A stretch of DNA of 64,000 nucleotides from Candidatus Bathyarchaeota archaeon. Its GTDB lineage: Archaea > Thermoproteota > Bathyarchaeia > Bathyarchaeales > Bathycorpusculaceae. The notes under the pieces were generated by a model. It had not been told where the DNA came from. It did no database searches and saw only the letters and a program-made list of their open reading frames with translations. Shown piece after piece: positions 11,225 through 20,771 of this stretch; the first letter of the stretch is position 1, and every line of letters starts with the position of its first letter. Made by a program: the position numbers and the translations under genes. The stretch lies in assembly GCA_963772455.1 (NCBI GenBank), contig CAVYXJ010000010.1, forward strand, positions 320,001-384,000, in the 5' to 3' direction.

Positions 11225-11583
11225 GAGAAACAAAAACTACAAACCCACAATTAATCGATCTTATTTATCTTCTTAAGAAAGAAAGCCGTGATAAGCAAGC
11301 ACCTATCTGGCTAGACGTCGCTGACCACTTGGCAAAACCACGAAGCCAACGCGTTGCTGTTAACTTGAGCAAATTAAACCGGCACACAAAAAAAGCAGAA
11401 GTAATAGTCATACCAGGTAAACTCTTAGCTTCAGGTAGTATAGATCACGCTTTGACTGTCGCAGCATTCGATATCTCAGATAAAGCTAAGCAAAAACTTG
11501 ATGCGGTTAAAGCTAAATATATAACCATCTCAGAGCTGTTGGAGAAAAATCCCAAAGGCTCAAACGTAAGAATTATTCGGTGA
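11221..11583 (+). CDS. rpl18e: 50S ribosomal protein L18e
   Basis: KTTNPQL, APIW, VNLSKLNR, IPGKLL, NPKGSNV. Confidence 0.95.
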   Translation: MRETKTTNPQLIDLIYLLKKESRDKQAPIWLDVADHLAKPRSQRVAVNLSKLNRHTKKAEVIVIPGKLLASGSIDHALTVAAFDISDKAKQKLDAVKAKYITISELLEKNPKGSNVRIIR

Positions 11584-11588
11584 GAAAA

Positions 11589-12035
11589 ATGCAAACAACT
11601 AAAACATCAGTCACTTTCGTGAACGCTGAAGGCTTAATCGTTGGTCGAATGTGCAGCAAAGTAGCTAAACGATTGCTAAATGGTGAGGAAGTAATCATAT
11701 TAAACGCTGAGAAAGCTGTTTTCTCTGGCAAGAAGAAAAGCAAAGTACTTGAAGCACATAAATTCCTTGAGGTTGGCGCTCCCATGCGTGGGCCTTTCCA
11801 TTATCGTAGACCTGACCGTTTTCTACGAAAGATAGTGCGTGGTATGGTTCCTTTTAAGTTGCCTAAGGGCAAAAGTGCCTTCAAACGGTTGAAGGTGTTT
11901 ATGGGCATCCCGCTTGAATTCAAAGATCAAAAAATGATAACATTCGAAGAAGCTAATTCAATAAATCTTAAAGGACCACACTTTACCCTTGGCGAATTAG
12001 CAAAGGAAATTGGTTGGTTCGACAGGATGGAATAA
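11589..12035 (+). CDS. rpl13: 50S ribosomal protein L13
   Basis: VGRMCSKVAK, NAEKAVFSG, GPFHYRRPD, VRGMVP; alternative GTG start at 11580. Confidence 0.95.
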   Translation: MQTTKTSVTFVNAEGLIVGRMCSKVAKRLLNGEEVIILNAEKAVFSGKKKSKVLEAHKFLEVGAPMRGPFHYRRPDRFLRKIVRGMVPFKLPKGKSAFKRLKVFMGIPLEFKDQKMITFEEANSINLKGPHFTLGELAKEIGWFDRME

Positions 12036-12037
12036 TT

Positions 12038-12448
12038 ATGCCCGCAAAAAAAGTTTTAGTTGTTAGTGGAAAGCGAAAAACTGCAGTTGCCCGCGCCGTT
12101 GTTAAGCAAGGTGTAGGTAGAGTGCGAATAAATATGACTCCAGTTGAAATTGTTGAGCCTGATATTGCTAAAGCAAAAATTATGGAGCCTCTGCTTCAGG
12201 CAGGCGCAGATGTTTGGCAACAACTTGACATGGATGTAAAAACTAGTGGTGGAGGATATATGGGACAAGCTGAAGCGGCACGCATGGCAATATCAAATGC
12301 TCTTCTAAAATGGACAAAAAGTACACATCTTCGGACAGTATTTAGTGAATACGATCGTACAATGATTGCTGGAGACTCACGAACTAAAGAAACTAAGAAA
12401 GTGGGCGGAGCAGGCGCGCGGTCCAAAGAGCAGAAAAGCTACAGATAA
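12038..12448 (+). CDS. rps9: 30S ribosomal protein S9
   Basis: GKRKTAVARA, GGGYMGQAEA, GARSKEQKSYR. Confidence 0.96.
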   Translation: MPAKKVLVVSGKRKTAVARAVVKQGVGRVRINMTPVEIVEPDIAKAKIMEPLLQAGADVWQQLDMDVKTSGGGYMGQAEAARMAISNALLKWTKSTHLRTVFSEYDRTMIAGDSRTKETKKVGGAGARSKEQKSYR

Positions 12449-12466
12449 GGAGATAGAAGTTACAAT

Positions 12467-12697
12467 ATGATTATTCCCGTAAGATGCTTTACTTGCGGCA
12501 AACTCGTTGGAGACCGTTGGGATGAATTTACTCGTCGAATAAAGACAGGTGAAAACGCCAGTGACGTTCTTGACAGTTTGGGTTTGAAAAGGTACTGTTG
12601 TAGACGTATGTTGCTCGCAAACGTAGAAATCATTGATGAAGTATTGAGGTTCTACGAAGAAGCCGAGAAACGTAAAGAAGCCCGCAACTTCTATTAA
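12467..12697 (+). CDS. rpoN: RNA polymerase subunit N (Rpo10)
   Basis: [18 protein letters not shown]. Confidence 0.98.
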   Translation: MIIPVRCFTCGKLVGDRWDEFTRRIKTGENASDVLDSLGLKRYCCRRMLLANVEIIDEVLRFYEEAEKRKEARNFY

Positions 12698-12900
12698 AAT
12701 TTCTTTTTTAGTTTCTTTATATTATTGGGCGAAAGCTTGCTCTTGAATGCTCTTTTCTAATGTGGTTTTAAACCGCACGATGTGATTTCACAAATTATAT
12801 TTTGTTCTTTGAAAAGGCAATTTTCTAAGATAAGTATAGTCGAAAACCAATTTCAGGGAAGATTAGAGTTTAAAAATATATTAGAAATTTAGACTAAAGC

Positions 12901-13308
12901 TTACAATAAAATTCTTTTTATTATAAAAGCGTGAGTGGCAGTTCTCTCCATAAAAACCCCAATTTTGTTATCGCCCACGCTCATGCAAAGTACCTTTACG
13001 TTTTTGCCCTCAACTAAGACGCTTTCAATATCTGCCAGATTGAATTGTATTGCAATTTCGTTGCTTGACTCAGAAATTTGAGATGACAAGATAGCGTAGT
13101 CGATTATTTTTGTTTGCTCGGCTAAGTCTATTATGGCTGAGGTATTGTTTCTGAGAATATAACCTGTGACTCCTTTTAGTTTGCGTATTTCTGATAAACT
13201 TGCAGCTAAGTTTTCGAAAACAGTATTATCATCTCCGACCGAAATAACTGGAGCGTTATTGTTTGGTTCGGTTGAGATTTCAATATTTGTTTTCTGTTTC
13301 AACACCAT
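12901..13308 (-). CDS. Roadblock/LC7 (MglB-like) domain protein
   Basis: Helix-LKGVTGYILR-helix-ADIESVLVEGKNVKVLCMSVGDNKIGVFME pattern typical of the roadblock fold. Confidence 0.7.
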   Translation of the reverse strand: MVLKQKTNIEISTEPNNNAPVISVGDDNTVFENLAASLSEIRKLKGVTGYILRNNTSAIIDLAEQTKIIDYAILSSQISESSNEIAIQFNLADIESVLVEGKNVKVLCMSVGDNKIGVFMERTATHAFIIKRILL

Positions 13309-13317
13309 ATCTCACGC

Positions 13318-14121
13318 TCATTCGATTACAGGTTTAACCATAACTAACTTGCCTTTTTCAGTTTGCAAGGTTTGAAGAATTTTTTCAGGTATTTGGATAA
13401 TGCCTTTAGAATTGGCTTTTTCTTCTTTGATAGCTTTAAATTTGCAGGTGGTTTTTTTGCCATCTAAGGCTTGTATGTCAACCATAGTGATTTGTTTGCC
13501 CTCGTATAGATCGCTCCATTTCGCTAAAATTTCGCCATCGATTCTCACTGTGTCGGCTTGGACAAGTATGCCTCCGATTTTTTCAACCATGAATTGGTTG
13601 ACGGGTGTTTTTGGCAAGGCTTCGTAAATTGGTTGAGTTTCGGGTATAGGTTCTATGTTTGGTTTTTCTTCTTCCAGTGGCAGAGGCGAAACCTTTTCTT
13701 CGATTGGCAGGTCTTGGAGTTCAATAGTTTTTTGTACTGAGACCTCTGGTTCTAAAGATTCATGCTGTTCAACTAAGCGGGCAATTGTTGGAATTACAAC
13801 CTGAGTTAGTGATTTAACGATTTCTTGGTTTGCTTTACGTGAAGAAACCGTTGCTAAATAAAGGCTATCCATTGCTGTGATGTTAAGTTGACTTCCGCCT
13901 GTTTGGATAGTTAGGCATTCAACTCCTCCGATTGACTGAGCTGGTAAGGAGATATTTTCAAAGTTGGCAATTAGTTTCTTGGTTTGGTCTTCGTTTGTGG
14001 CTTTAGTATTAGCAATGGTCTGGCCATTGTTTTTAAAAATTAGAACGTTGGTGGTTTCTGGGCTTAAGGTTTTTAATTCATCTATGACTGTTTGGAGCGG
14101 GTTTGAATAAGCCTCAGTCAC
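13318..14121 (-). CDS. Roadblock/longin-like N-domain, acidic Pro-rich linker, C-terminal beta-barrel (Cdc48-N/double-psi-like)
   Basis: N-terminal IDELKTLSPETTNVLIFKNNGQTIA..GGVECLTIQ..YLATVSS; C-terminal DTVRID..GIIQIPEKILQTLQTEKGKLVMVKP. Confidence 0.55.
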   Translation of the reverse strand: MTEAYSNPLQTVIDELKTLSPETTNVLIFKNNGQTIANTKATNEDQTKKLIANFENISLPAQSIGGVECLTIQTGGSQLNITAMDSLYLATVSSRKANQEIVKSLTQVVIPTIARLVEQHESLEPEVSVQKTIELQDLPIEEKVSPLPLEEEKPNIEPIPETQPIYEALPKTPVNQFMVEKIGGILVQADTVRIDGEILAKWSDLYEGKQITMVDIQALDGKKTTCKFKAIKEEKANSKGIIQIPEKILQTLQTEKGKLVMVKPVIE

Positions 14122-14145
14122 CGTTTAGTCTCCTTTTTCTTCGAC

Positions 14146-14571
14146 CTAAGATATTTTGAATAAGATGCGCTCTGGAATGCCATCATCTTCTACTACTAGG
14201 TACTTGAGACCTTCAGTGTCACCGAGTTGATCAAGCCATTTTAGGGCTTCACGCACTTTTTGCAATACCAATAATCTTTCTTGGTGGCTGCGCACTACAG
14301 ATTCTATTGCTGTTAACTCGTGAGATGCATTAGCGTCTAAAATAATGTTTAAGGTTCCAACAGTGATTTCGTTTTGGCTTTCCATTGGGGCTTTTTTGCC
14401 CGCCAACTTCATAACGACTTCGCGAACCTTTTTTGATTTCTCTGCTAACGTGCGGATTTCATCGAGTTTTCGTAGATATTCGCCTAAGATGCTTTTAGTT
14501 TCGGACAATTGCTTGTCTAAAGCTTCGGCTATTGCTTGGGCGGATGAATATTCTTTAATTTGTGTTACCAT
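14146..14571 (-). CDS. Uncharacterised coiled-coil protein
   Basis: 141 aa with SD, two long amphipathic helices and a C-terminal beta hairpin (KYLVVEDDGIPERILFK). Confidence 0.75.
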   Translation of the reverse strand: MVTQIKEYSSAQAIAEALDKQLSETKSILGEYLRKLDEIRTLAEKSKKVREVVMKLAGKKAPMESQNEITVGTLNIILDANASHELTAIESVVRSHQERLLVLQKVREALKWLDQLGDTEGLKYLVVEDDGIPERILFKIS

Positions 14572-14599
14572 GATTTGTTACTTCCTAAATTTTTTTCTA

Positions 14600-14639
14600 A
14601 ATAGAGAAAGAGGAAAGTTAGGTGAAGATTCCTTCACCT
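14600..14639 (-). terminator. Hairpin plus pyrimidine tract after the pilin gene
   Basis: 8-bp inverted repeat AGGTGAAG (14620-27) / CTTCACCT (14632-39), followed on the minus strand by a T/C-rich run. Confidence 0.6.
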
Positions 14640-14676
14640 TACCCCCGAATTTCTAGATGTTCTAAATGTTGGACGT

Positions 14677-15127
14677 TTATGGGTTGTATGTTGCAGTGTA
14701 GACGATGTTGTTCCCTTTGGCTGTTGACGAATCCAAGTTGATATTGTGCACCTGCTGCTGAATTGAACCGAGTTGCTAGAGTCAAAGTGATAGACCTTTG
14801 TCTGCCTTTAGCAATGGTGGTGTTTGCTATAAGATCGTTACTGCACTGCTGCAACTGTGTTTCCGTCTATTGTACTGCCTTGTTAGATATTATTACTGAG
14901 GATGCACCACTATTTCTAAGCTGTTAGAGTAACGGTATGTATGCCGTTAAATATGGATTTGATGACTGTGACTTGTTCTGCGTTTTCATGAGGCCGAGGG
15001 ACATTCCTCCCATCCATGCTGCGACGACGACGCTGACTGCGACTGTGACGGCGATCAAGATGATTGATGCGACTACGGGGCTTAATCCTTTTGCGTTTTT
15101 CTTAAATTTTCTGAAGTATTTGTTCAT
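14677..15127 (-). CDS. Archaeal type IV pilin (class III signal peptide), multiply frameshifted in this assembly
   Basis: FKKNAKG|LSPVVASIILIAVTVAVSVVVAAW; stitched continuation AEQVTV..TVTL..LRNSGASSVII..GAQYQLGFV/TAKGNNIVYTATYNP* ending TAA at 14677. Confidence 0.8.
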
Positions 15128-15184
15128 TTTTCTTATTTTCCTTTTGTAGGTTTGTAATACTTATCGACGGAATCAGCCTTTTAA

Positions 15185-15203
15185 ATATTACGTCTTACTA
15201 CAC
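15185..15203 (-). promoter_or_regulatory. Candidate operator next to the pilin TATA box
   Basis: ATATTACG-N3-TAC-N-ACAC adjacent to TTTAAA; same motif at 15729-15747. Confidence 0.5.
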
Positions 15204-15329
15204 CATATTAAATTGTTGTTGTACACAAATGCAGCTAAGCCAAAATACCTCAAAAAAAGTAAATTATTGTCACAAAAAGAAATAAATGATAGAAAGAAAA
15301 CGGCTTTTATGCCATTTATCTAGCTAAAT

Positions 15330-15671
15330 TTATTTTTTAACGTCTAGTTCGTCAAAAAATCCGAGAAGAAGATTTGATACTTTCTCTCCAAGAACAGTTT
15401 TCACATAGTATTTTTTGAGAGGATCTATTCGTTCACTTTTAGCTAAACCCAAAGATTCGATCTCTATCATTCTTGCTCTAAAAGTACCATCACTGAGGGT
15501 TAGGTTATTGTCTTTCATGAAGTCTTTAGCATCCTTCCATTTGCCTCGACCAACATGAAGCAATAGCAAACAGTCGATGGCATGATCTTTCTCAAGCATC
15601 GATTTTATAGCTGCTAGCTTTGGTTCTGTGAGTACGCGTTTAATCTTTTCTTCATCCACATTCTTCACCAT
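15330..15671 (-). CDS. Winged helix-turn-helix regulator (HxlR/MarR-like)
   Basis: LSDGTFRARMIEIESLGLA..KKYYVKTVLGEKV recognition helix and wing. Confidence 0.7.
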   Translation of the reverse strand: MVKNVDEEKIKRVLTEPKLAAIKSMLEKDHAIDCLLLLHVGRGKWKDAKDFMKDNNLTLSDGTFRARMIEIESLGLAKSERIDPLKKYYVKTVLGEKVSNLLLGFFDELDVKK

Positions 15672-15728
15672 TTTTCTATTCTCCTTTCATTTGTTAATTA
15701 TTGGAAAAGACGCCTAAGCATTTAAACT

Positions 15729-15747
15729 ATATTACGAAATACGACAC
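15729..15747 (-). promoter_or_regulatory. Candidate operator next to the wHTH gene TATA box
   Basis: ATATTACG-AAA-TAC-G-ACAC just beside TTTAAA (15721-26). Confidence 0.5.
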
Positions 15748-15996
15748 ATATCTCCAGACGCCTATCTCCCGAATAAATTTAATAAGATTAACCCCTTAAT
15801 AAACCTGCAACCAAGTAAGCGAAAAAACAATTCATCCAACATTAAAACTCAATGTAAAAATCGAATAACATTCACAATAAACCCAATAATAGATGAAATA
15901 TTAAAAATGAGGTTCAATAAAGTATGCATGGGTATTTTGGGTATGGAAAAGCTTAACAGACTCAAAAAGGTAGTTCCCAATTAAGAGACGAAAGTT

Positions 15997-16578
15997 TTGG
16001 TTTCCAATATAGATTATGAAGTTCCAACTTGGAATCAAATATATGAAATGCTTCTTTGTCAATCACAAAAAATAAGCTGCCAAAATTATAAGCCAGATAT
16101 CATTGTTGCCATAGCACGAGGAGGCTTAATACCTTCTCGCATCTTAAGTGATCTATTAGAAATCCCGAATCTTAGCTTTATTCAAATAGAATTCTATACT
16201 AACATAAATCAAACATTGCAAGAACCAAATCTGAAACAAACCTTAATTACAAATGTAACGGGCAAAAAAATTCTTCTAGTTGACGACATCTCGGATACAG
16301 GAAAAAGTCTGAAACTTGGCAAAATTCACCTTCAACAACTAGGGGCTTTAGAAGTAAAAACAGCCACATTGTACCAAAAACCACTCTCCGTAACAGTTCC
16401 CGATTTTTGCGAAAAACAAACAGTTGCTTGGGTAGTTTTTCCGTGGGATACAAAGGAGACTCTTCGAAAAATAATTAATAATCAATTTGGTAAACGAATT
16501 CTAAATCAGGAATTGGCAAAACTTGTAAAAGCGGGTTTGCCTAAGCAGCTAGCTGAAAAACTCTTAAAAGACTTGTAA
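15997..16578 (+). CDS. Type I phosphoribosyltransferase (hypoxanthine/xanthine-guanine-like)
   Basis: AIARGGLIP, ILLVDDISDTGKSL, WVVFPW. Confidence 0.9.
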   Translation: MVSNIDYEVPTWNQIYEMLLCQSQKISCQNYKPDIIVAIARGGLIPSRILSDLLEIPNLSFIQIEFYTNINQTLQEPNLKQTLITNVTGKKILLVDDISDTGKSLKLGKIHLQQLGALEVKTATLYQKPLSVTVPDFCEKQTVAWVVFPWDTKETLRKIINNQFGKRILNQELAKLVKAGLPKQLAEKLLKDL

Positions 16579-16589
16579 TTGGAATCAAA

Positions 16590-17153
16590 ATGTTGCAATA
16601 CTTAAGAGGGTACGGTAAATACTTGGAAATAACAGGGTACAACAACGTAGAGTTCGACAGAGTTGAATTATTTTTAAAAGCCAATCGAAAACAAACTTGC
16701 CAAAACGTAGATATTCAATTCTTTGATGCTGACTTAATTGCAACTCAAGAACATCTATACTTCGCTGTTCTAAACGCTCTGCAAGCTTTCGATAACAAAA
16801 CCAATTTTTCAAAGAGTCTAGCTATGGAAACAATGTTATATGCTTCGGCAGAAGGGCAAATAAAAAAAGCCATAATTCGGGTTGGAATAAAACCTCAAAC
16901 TCACAATATGGCGATAGTAATTATTGGTGATGACCCAAAACAAATAGAAACTATGCTTAAAGCAGTAACAAAAAACATGGGTAGTGAACCTGATGAGGGC
17001 GTTCTTGGTTTAACAAAAGACAAGGAAGAAAAAATTAAGGTAGCCTTTGAAATTACAGAACAAGAATTAAAAGTTCTTGAAAATGATAATCAAAAGAAAG
17101 CAATAATTAACTTGGTCATTGAGCGTGTTGCCTTACTTTCGACTCAATTGTGA
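16590..17153 (+). CDS. cgi121: KEOPS complex subunit Cgi121
   Basis: QFFDADLI..HLYFA, SKSLAMETMLYASAEGQIKKAI, IERVALL. Confidence 0.85.
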   Translation: MLQYLRGYGKYLEITGYNNVEFDRVELFLKANRKQTCQNVDIQFFDADLIATQEHLYFAVLNALQAFDNKTNFSKSLAMETMLYASAEGQIKKAIIRVGIKPQTHNMAIVIIGDDPKQIETMLKAVTKNMGSEPDEGVLGLTKDKEEKIKVAFEITEQELKVLENDNQKKAIINLVIERVALLSTQL

Positions 17154-17154
17154 G

Positions 17155-17691
17155 TTAAATCATTTTTTCTTTAATAACTGCCAGCATATCATTAGGCTTT
17201 AATAGAGACAGACCTGTTAAAGCTCCCAGGACTTCAATAAGCATGATTTTGTCAGGGTTTTCAAGGTTAGCTGTATTTTTAATTTCTCCTACCGCTGCCT
17301 CAATAAGTTCTTTTGAATGGAGATTTGTGAAACGTTTTTCAATTGTTACTCTGAAAGTTTCGTTTTCGCCTATTTTTTTGGCTAACTCTGCAGTCGCTTT
17401 TTTGATTTCCTCCAAATCGGTAGGTACAACCTTTTCTATTGGCAGAATTCTTAGTGCATAACGAAATTCGTATGGGCGTTCTTTTAAGATATTGCGGAAT
17501 TTTTCTATAACAGTACAGGGATCAAGAGAAGTTTTTGCAACAATTAGGCCGCGTATTTTTGTTTTTGCTGCTTGTGCTTCGGTGTCGCCTAGTTCTTCTT
17601 TGAGCATGAAAAGAATTTCGTTAATCATTGGGCGTTCGTTTCCCCGAGAGGTGGTTGCTATAAGATTGAAGCCATTTATCATTGTTGTCAC
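17155..17691 (-). CDS. Stand-alone THUMP domain protein (Tan1-like)
   Basis: LRILPI, TFRVTIEKR, ANLENPDKIMLIEVLG. Confidence 0.85.
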   Translation of the reverse strand: MTTMINGFNLIATTSRGNERPMINEILFMLKEELGDTEAQAAKTKIRGLIVAKTSLDPCTVIEKFRNILKERPYEFRYALRILPIEKVVPTDLEEIKKATAELAKKIGENETFRVTIEKRFTNLHSKELIEAAVGEIKNTANLENPDKIMLIEVLGALTGLSLLKPNDMLAVIKEKMI

Positions 17692-17934
17692 ACTTGAAGG
17701 GAATGATGGTTGAGAGGTTATTTTTGCTTTCGCTAATTAGTTTCTGCTATTTTGGCGAGACTCCTGAATGATTCTTTGTTAAACGAATTTGTAAAAGTGT
17801 ATTAAAGAATTATTTAATCATCAAAACAGTACAGATGACTACTGCATCGATGCAAGGGTAAAAGTTTATATTTCCGTTGGGTTTTTAGCATAAAACCGTA
17901 TTAAACAAGGTTCTAGTAAATAGGGAATGATAAT

Positions 17935-19584
17935 ATGGCGTATTTAACAACAACAAATTCAGGACAACCGGTCCTCATCCTTAAAGAAGGTACAACAAGA
18001 AGCAGAGGCAAAGAAGCCCAAAGAAACAACATAATGGCAGCACGAGTAATCGGCGAAGTACTAAAAACCACTCTGGGCCCACGCGGCATGGATAAAATGC
18101 TGATTGACAGCCTAGGCGACATCACAATAACAAACGACGGCGCAGCCATCCTCAAAGAAATCGACGTTGAACACCCAGCAGCAAAAATGATGGTTGAAAT
18201 TGCAAAAACCCAAGACGACATGGTGGGCGATGGAACAACCTCCGCAGTAGTTCTCGCGAGCGAATTACTCAGAAAAGCTGAAGAACTTCTTGACCAAAAC
18301 ATTCATCCAACAATTCTTGTAAGCGGTTACCGTAAAGCTTCTGTAAAAGCAATTGAAGCCATAGGAAAAATGGCAGTTCCACTAGATGTAAAAGACCGCA
18401 AAACGCTCCTTAAAGTCGCTTTAACCTCAATGAGCAGCAAAGCAGTCGGCTCAGCAAAAGATCACCTAGCAGAAATATCCATAGATGCAGTTTCACAAAT
18501 CTCTGAAAAACGCGGCGACAAAATAATCGCGGACATAGACAACATTCAACTCGTCAAGAAAACAGGTAAAAGCCTTCTTGAAACACAATTAATTCAAGGT
18601 ATAATAATTGACAAAGAAGTTGTCAGTCCAGGGATGCCAAAAGTCAAAGAAAACGCAAAGATCGCACTTTTAGATTCAGCCTTAGAAATCGAGAAAACCG
18701 AAATCACCGCTGAAATCCGCATCAAAGACCCCTCACAAATGAAAGCGTTCCTCGATCAAGAAACCGACATGATGCAAGACATGGTTAAAAAAATCAAAGC
18801 CTCAGGCGCAGATATAATCTTCTGCCAAAAAGGTATCGATGACATGGTTCAGCACTTTCTATCAAAAGACGGTATAATGGCCGCAAGACGTGTAAAAGAA
18901 TCCGACATGGAAAAACTTGCAAGAGCCACAGGCGGAAGAATAGTCAGTGACTTAGATGACCTCAAGAAGGCAGACCTCGGCTTAGCCGGACATGTTGAAG
19001 AACGCAAAATCGGCGATGACAAAATGATATTCGTTGAAAAATGCAAAGATCCACACTCAGTTGCAATCCTCATACGTGCAGGCTTAGAACGAATGGTTGA
19101 TGAAGCCGAAAGAGCAATGACCGATTCACTATCAGTAGTATCAGACGTATTAGAAAACAACAAAATCGTCGCTGGTGGCGGAGCAGTAGAAATTGAAATC
19201 GCTAAAGAACTACGTAAATATGCAACCAAAGTAGGCGGACGTGAACAGCTTGCAGTTGAGGCATTCGCGGATGCAGTTGAAGTAATCCCACGCACACTCG
19301 CAGAGAACGCAGGCTTAGAGCCAATCGACATACTAGTTGAGCTACGACAAGTACATGACAAAGAAACCGGCAAATATATGGGGATCAACGTTTTCACAGG
19401 CAAACTACAAGATAGCATTGCAAACGGTGTAATCGAACCAATCGTAGTCAAAGAACAAGCCATTAAGTCAGCAGCAGAATCAGCAGCAATGATACTACGC
19501 ATAGACGACGTAATTACATCTAAAGCACCAAAAGGCGGTCCAGGTGGCCCAGGCGGAATGCCGGGCGGTATGGGCGAAGAATAA
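17935..19584 (+). CDS. ths: Thermosome (group II chaperonin) subunit
   Basis: [31 protein letters not shown] tail. Confidence 0.98.
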   Translation: MAYLTTTNSGQPVLILKEGTTRSRGKEAQRNNIMAARVIGEVLKTTLGPRGMDKMLIDSLGDITITNDGAAILKEIDVEHPAAKMMVEIAKTQDDMVGDGTTSAVVLASELLRKAEELLDQNIHPTILVSGYRKASVKAIEAIGKMAVPLDVKDRKTLLKVALTSMSSKAVGSAKDHLAEISIDAVSQISEKRGDKIIADIDNIQLVKKTGKSLLETQLIQGIIIDKEVVSPGMPKVKENAKIALLDSALEIEKTEITAEIRIKDPSQMKAFLDQETDMMQDMVKKIKASGADIIFCQKGIDDMVQHFLSKDGIMAARRVKESDMEKLARATGGRIVSDLDDLKKADLGLAGHVEERKIGDDKMIFVEKCKDPHSVAILIRAGLERMVDEAERAMTDSLSVVSDVLENNKIVAGGGAVEIEIAKELRKYATKVGGREQLAVEAFADAVEVIPRTLAENAGLEPIDILVELRQVHDKETGKYMGINVFTGKLQDSIANGVIEPIVVKEQAIKSAAESAAMILRIDDVITSKAPKGGPGGPGGMPGGMGEE

Positions 19585-19728
19585 ATTTTCCCCTTTTAAC
19601 TTTCTTTTTTAATTTCTTCTAAAAACAATTTTTCGAAATTATTATTTTTCTCTATTGTTCAATAGAGCTTATTTTGTTATTAAAAATGGTTTTATAGTTG
19701 AACGCCGTAAGTTGGGCGTGCTTCAATC

Positions 19729-20727
19729 GTGTCTCTGGTAGAGTCAATCGCTATAGTTGTTGGCTTGATAGTTTTTGAAGTTGTCAACAGCGTAGACAAC
19801 GCTATCGTTAATGCCAGTGTCTTAAAAACGATGAGCATGCTGTGGCGTAAAAGATTCCTCCTAATCGGCATTATAACATCAGTTTTTTTAGTGCGGTTTA
19901 TTTTGCCGCTGATAATAGTTTGGATTTCGGTACCCACAATAAGTGCATCTGACCTGTTTTTGGCATTTTTGGGGCAAAGTGACGTTGCTGCATCCGCCAT
20001 CGAACAGCAAAAACCCATAATTCTAATGTTTGGAGGAGTATTCCTGCTGTATCTTTACATTCATTGGCTGTTTCTTGAAAAGAAAGAGCCACTCTACATT
20101 GAAAGGTTCATCAAAGAAAAGCATGGTGTCTGGTTTTTCGCATTTGCCGCAATCTTACTTGTTATTATTATGTATTTAGCTCGTGCTGACCCATTGGTAA
20201 TGCTTGCAGCAGCCATAGGAAGTGCAACCTTCTTCATACTTTATGGTATAAAAGAAACTGCTGAAGCTAGCGAACGCAACATGGTGGCAGGAACAAGTAA
20301 TCTAAGTGACCTCTCAAAGTTCCTTTATCTTGAAGTTCTCGATACAACCTTTAGCTTTGACGGAGTTATTGGTGCATTTGCCTTTACCATAAATCTGTTT
20401 CTCATTTTGATAGGTATTGGAGTTGGAGCGTTGGTGGTTAGGGAATTAACAATCAAGGGAATTGATACCATAGCCAAGTACAAGTACCTAAAGAATGGAG
20501 CTCTAACCTCGATAGGTTTCCTTGGGTTATTCATGATTATTGAGGGTTTCAACGTTGATTTACCTAGCTATGTTCCGATAATCGTGACATTCCTACTGAT
20601 TGGCGTGGCTTTCTATGTGTCTCGAAGACTTCTAAAAACCGCCAAACCAAAAAAGGACTGCAGAACTCAACAACAACGATCTAAATATCAAATGCTAAAA
20701 TATGCCTACTTCTCTGGTCTGCATTAA
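19729..20727 (+). CDS. DUF475/TerC-like integral membrane protein
   Basis: SVDNAIVNA, FLYLEVLDTTFSFDGVIGAFA, YLKNGA. Confidence 0.88.
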   Translation: MSLVESIAIVVGLIVFEVVNSVDNAIVNASVLKTMSMLWRKRFLLIGIITSVFLVRFILPLIIVWISVPTISASDLFLAFLGQSDVAASAIEQQKPIILMFGGVFLLYLYIHWLFLEKKEPLYIERFIKEKHGVWFFAFAAILLVIIMYLARADPLVMLAAAIGSATFFILYGIKETAEASERNMVAGTSNLSDLSKFLYLEVLDTTFSFDGVIGAFAFTINLFLILIGIGVGALVVRELTIKGIDTIAKYKYLKNGALTSIGFLGLFMIIEGFNVDLPSYVPIIVTFLLIGVAFYVSRRLLKTAKPKKDCRTQQQRSKYQMLKYAYFSGLH

Positions 20728-20771
20728 GGTACAAAACCTATTTATTTCTTATAGAGAACCATCTTTCCCGA

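Noticed and set aside
12725-12793. Short palindromes after rpoN, where a tRNA often lies
   Set aside because: No cloverleaf or T-loop; probably terminator-region hairpins between convergent genes
14146-14571. Assignment as arcadin, CdvA or ESCRT-III
   Set aside because: No diagnostic motif that I can verify, and no actin or Vps4 neighbour
17913-19502. Long antisense ORFs over the thermosome (and similar ones over ribosomal, exosome, UbiD and infB genes)
   Set aside because: Shadow frames of strongly codon-biased genes, with no motifs
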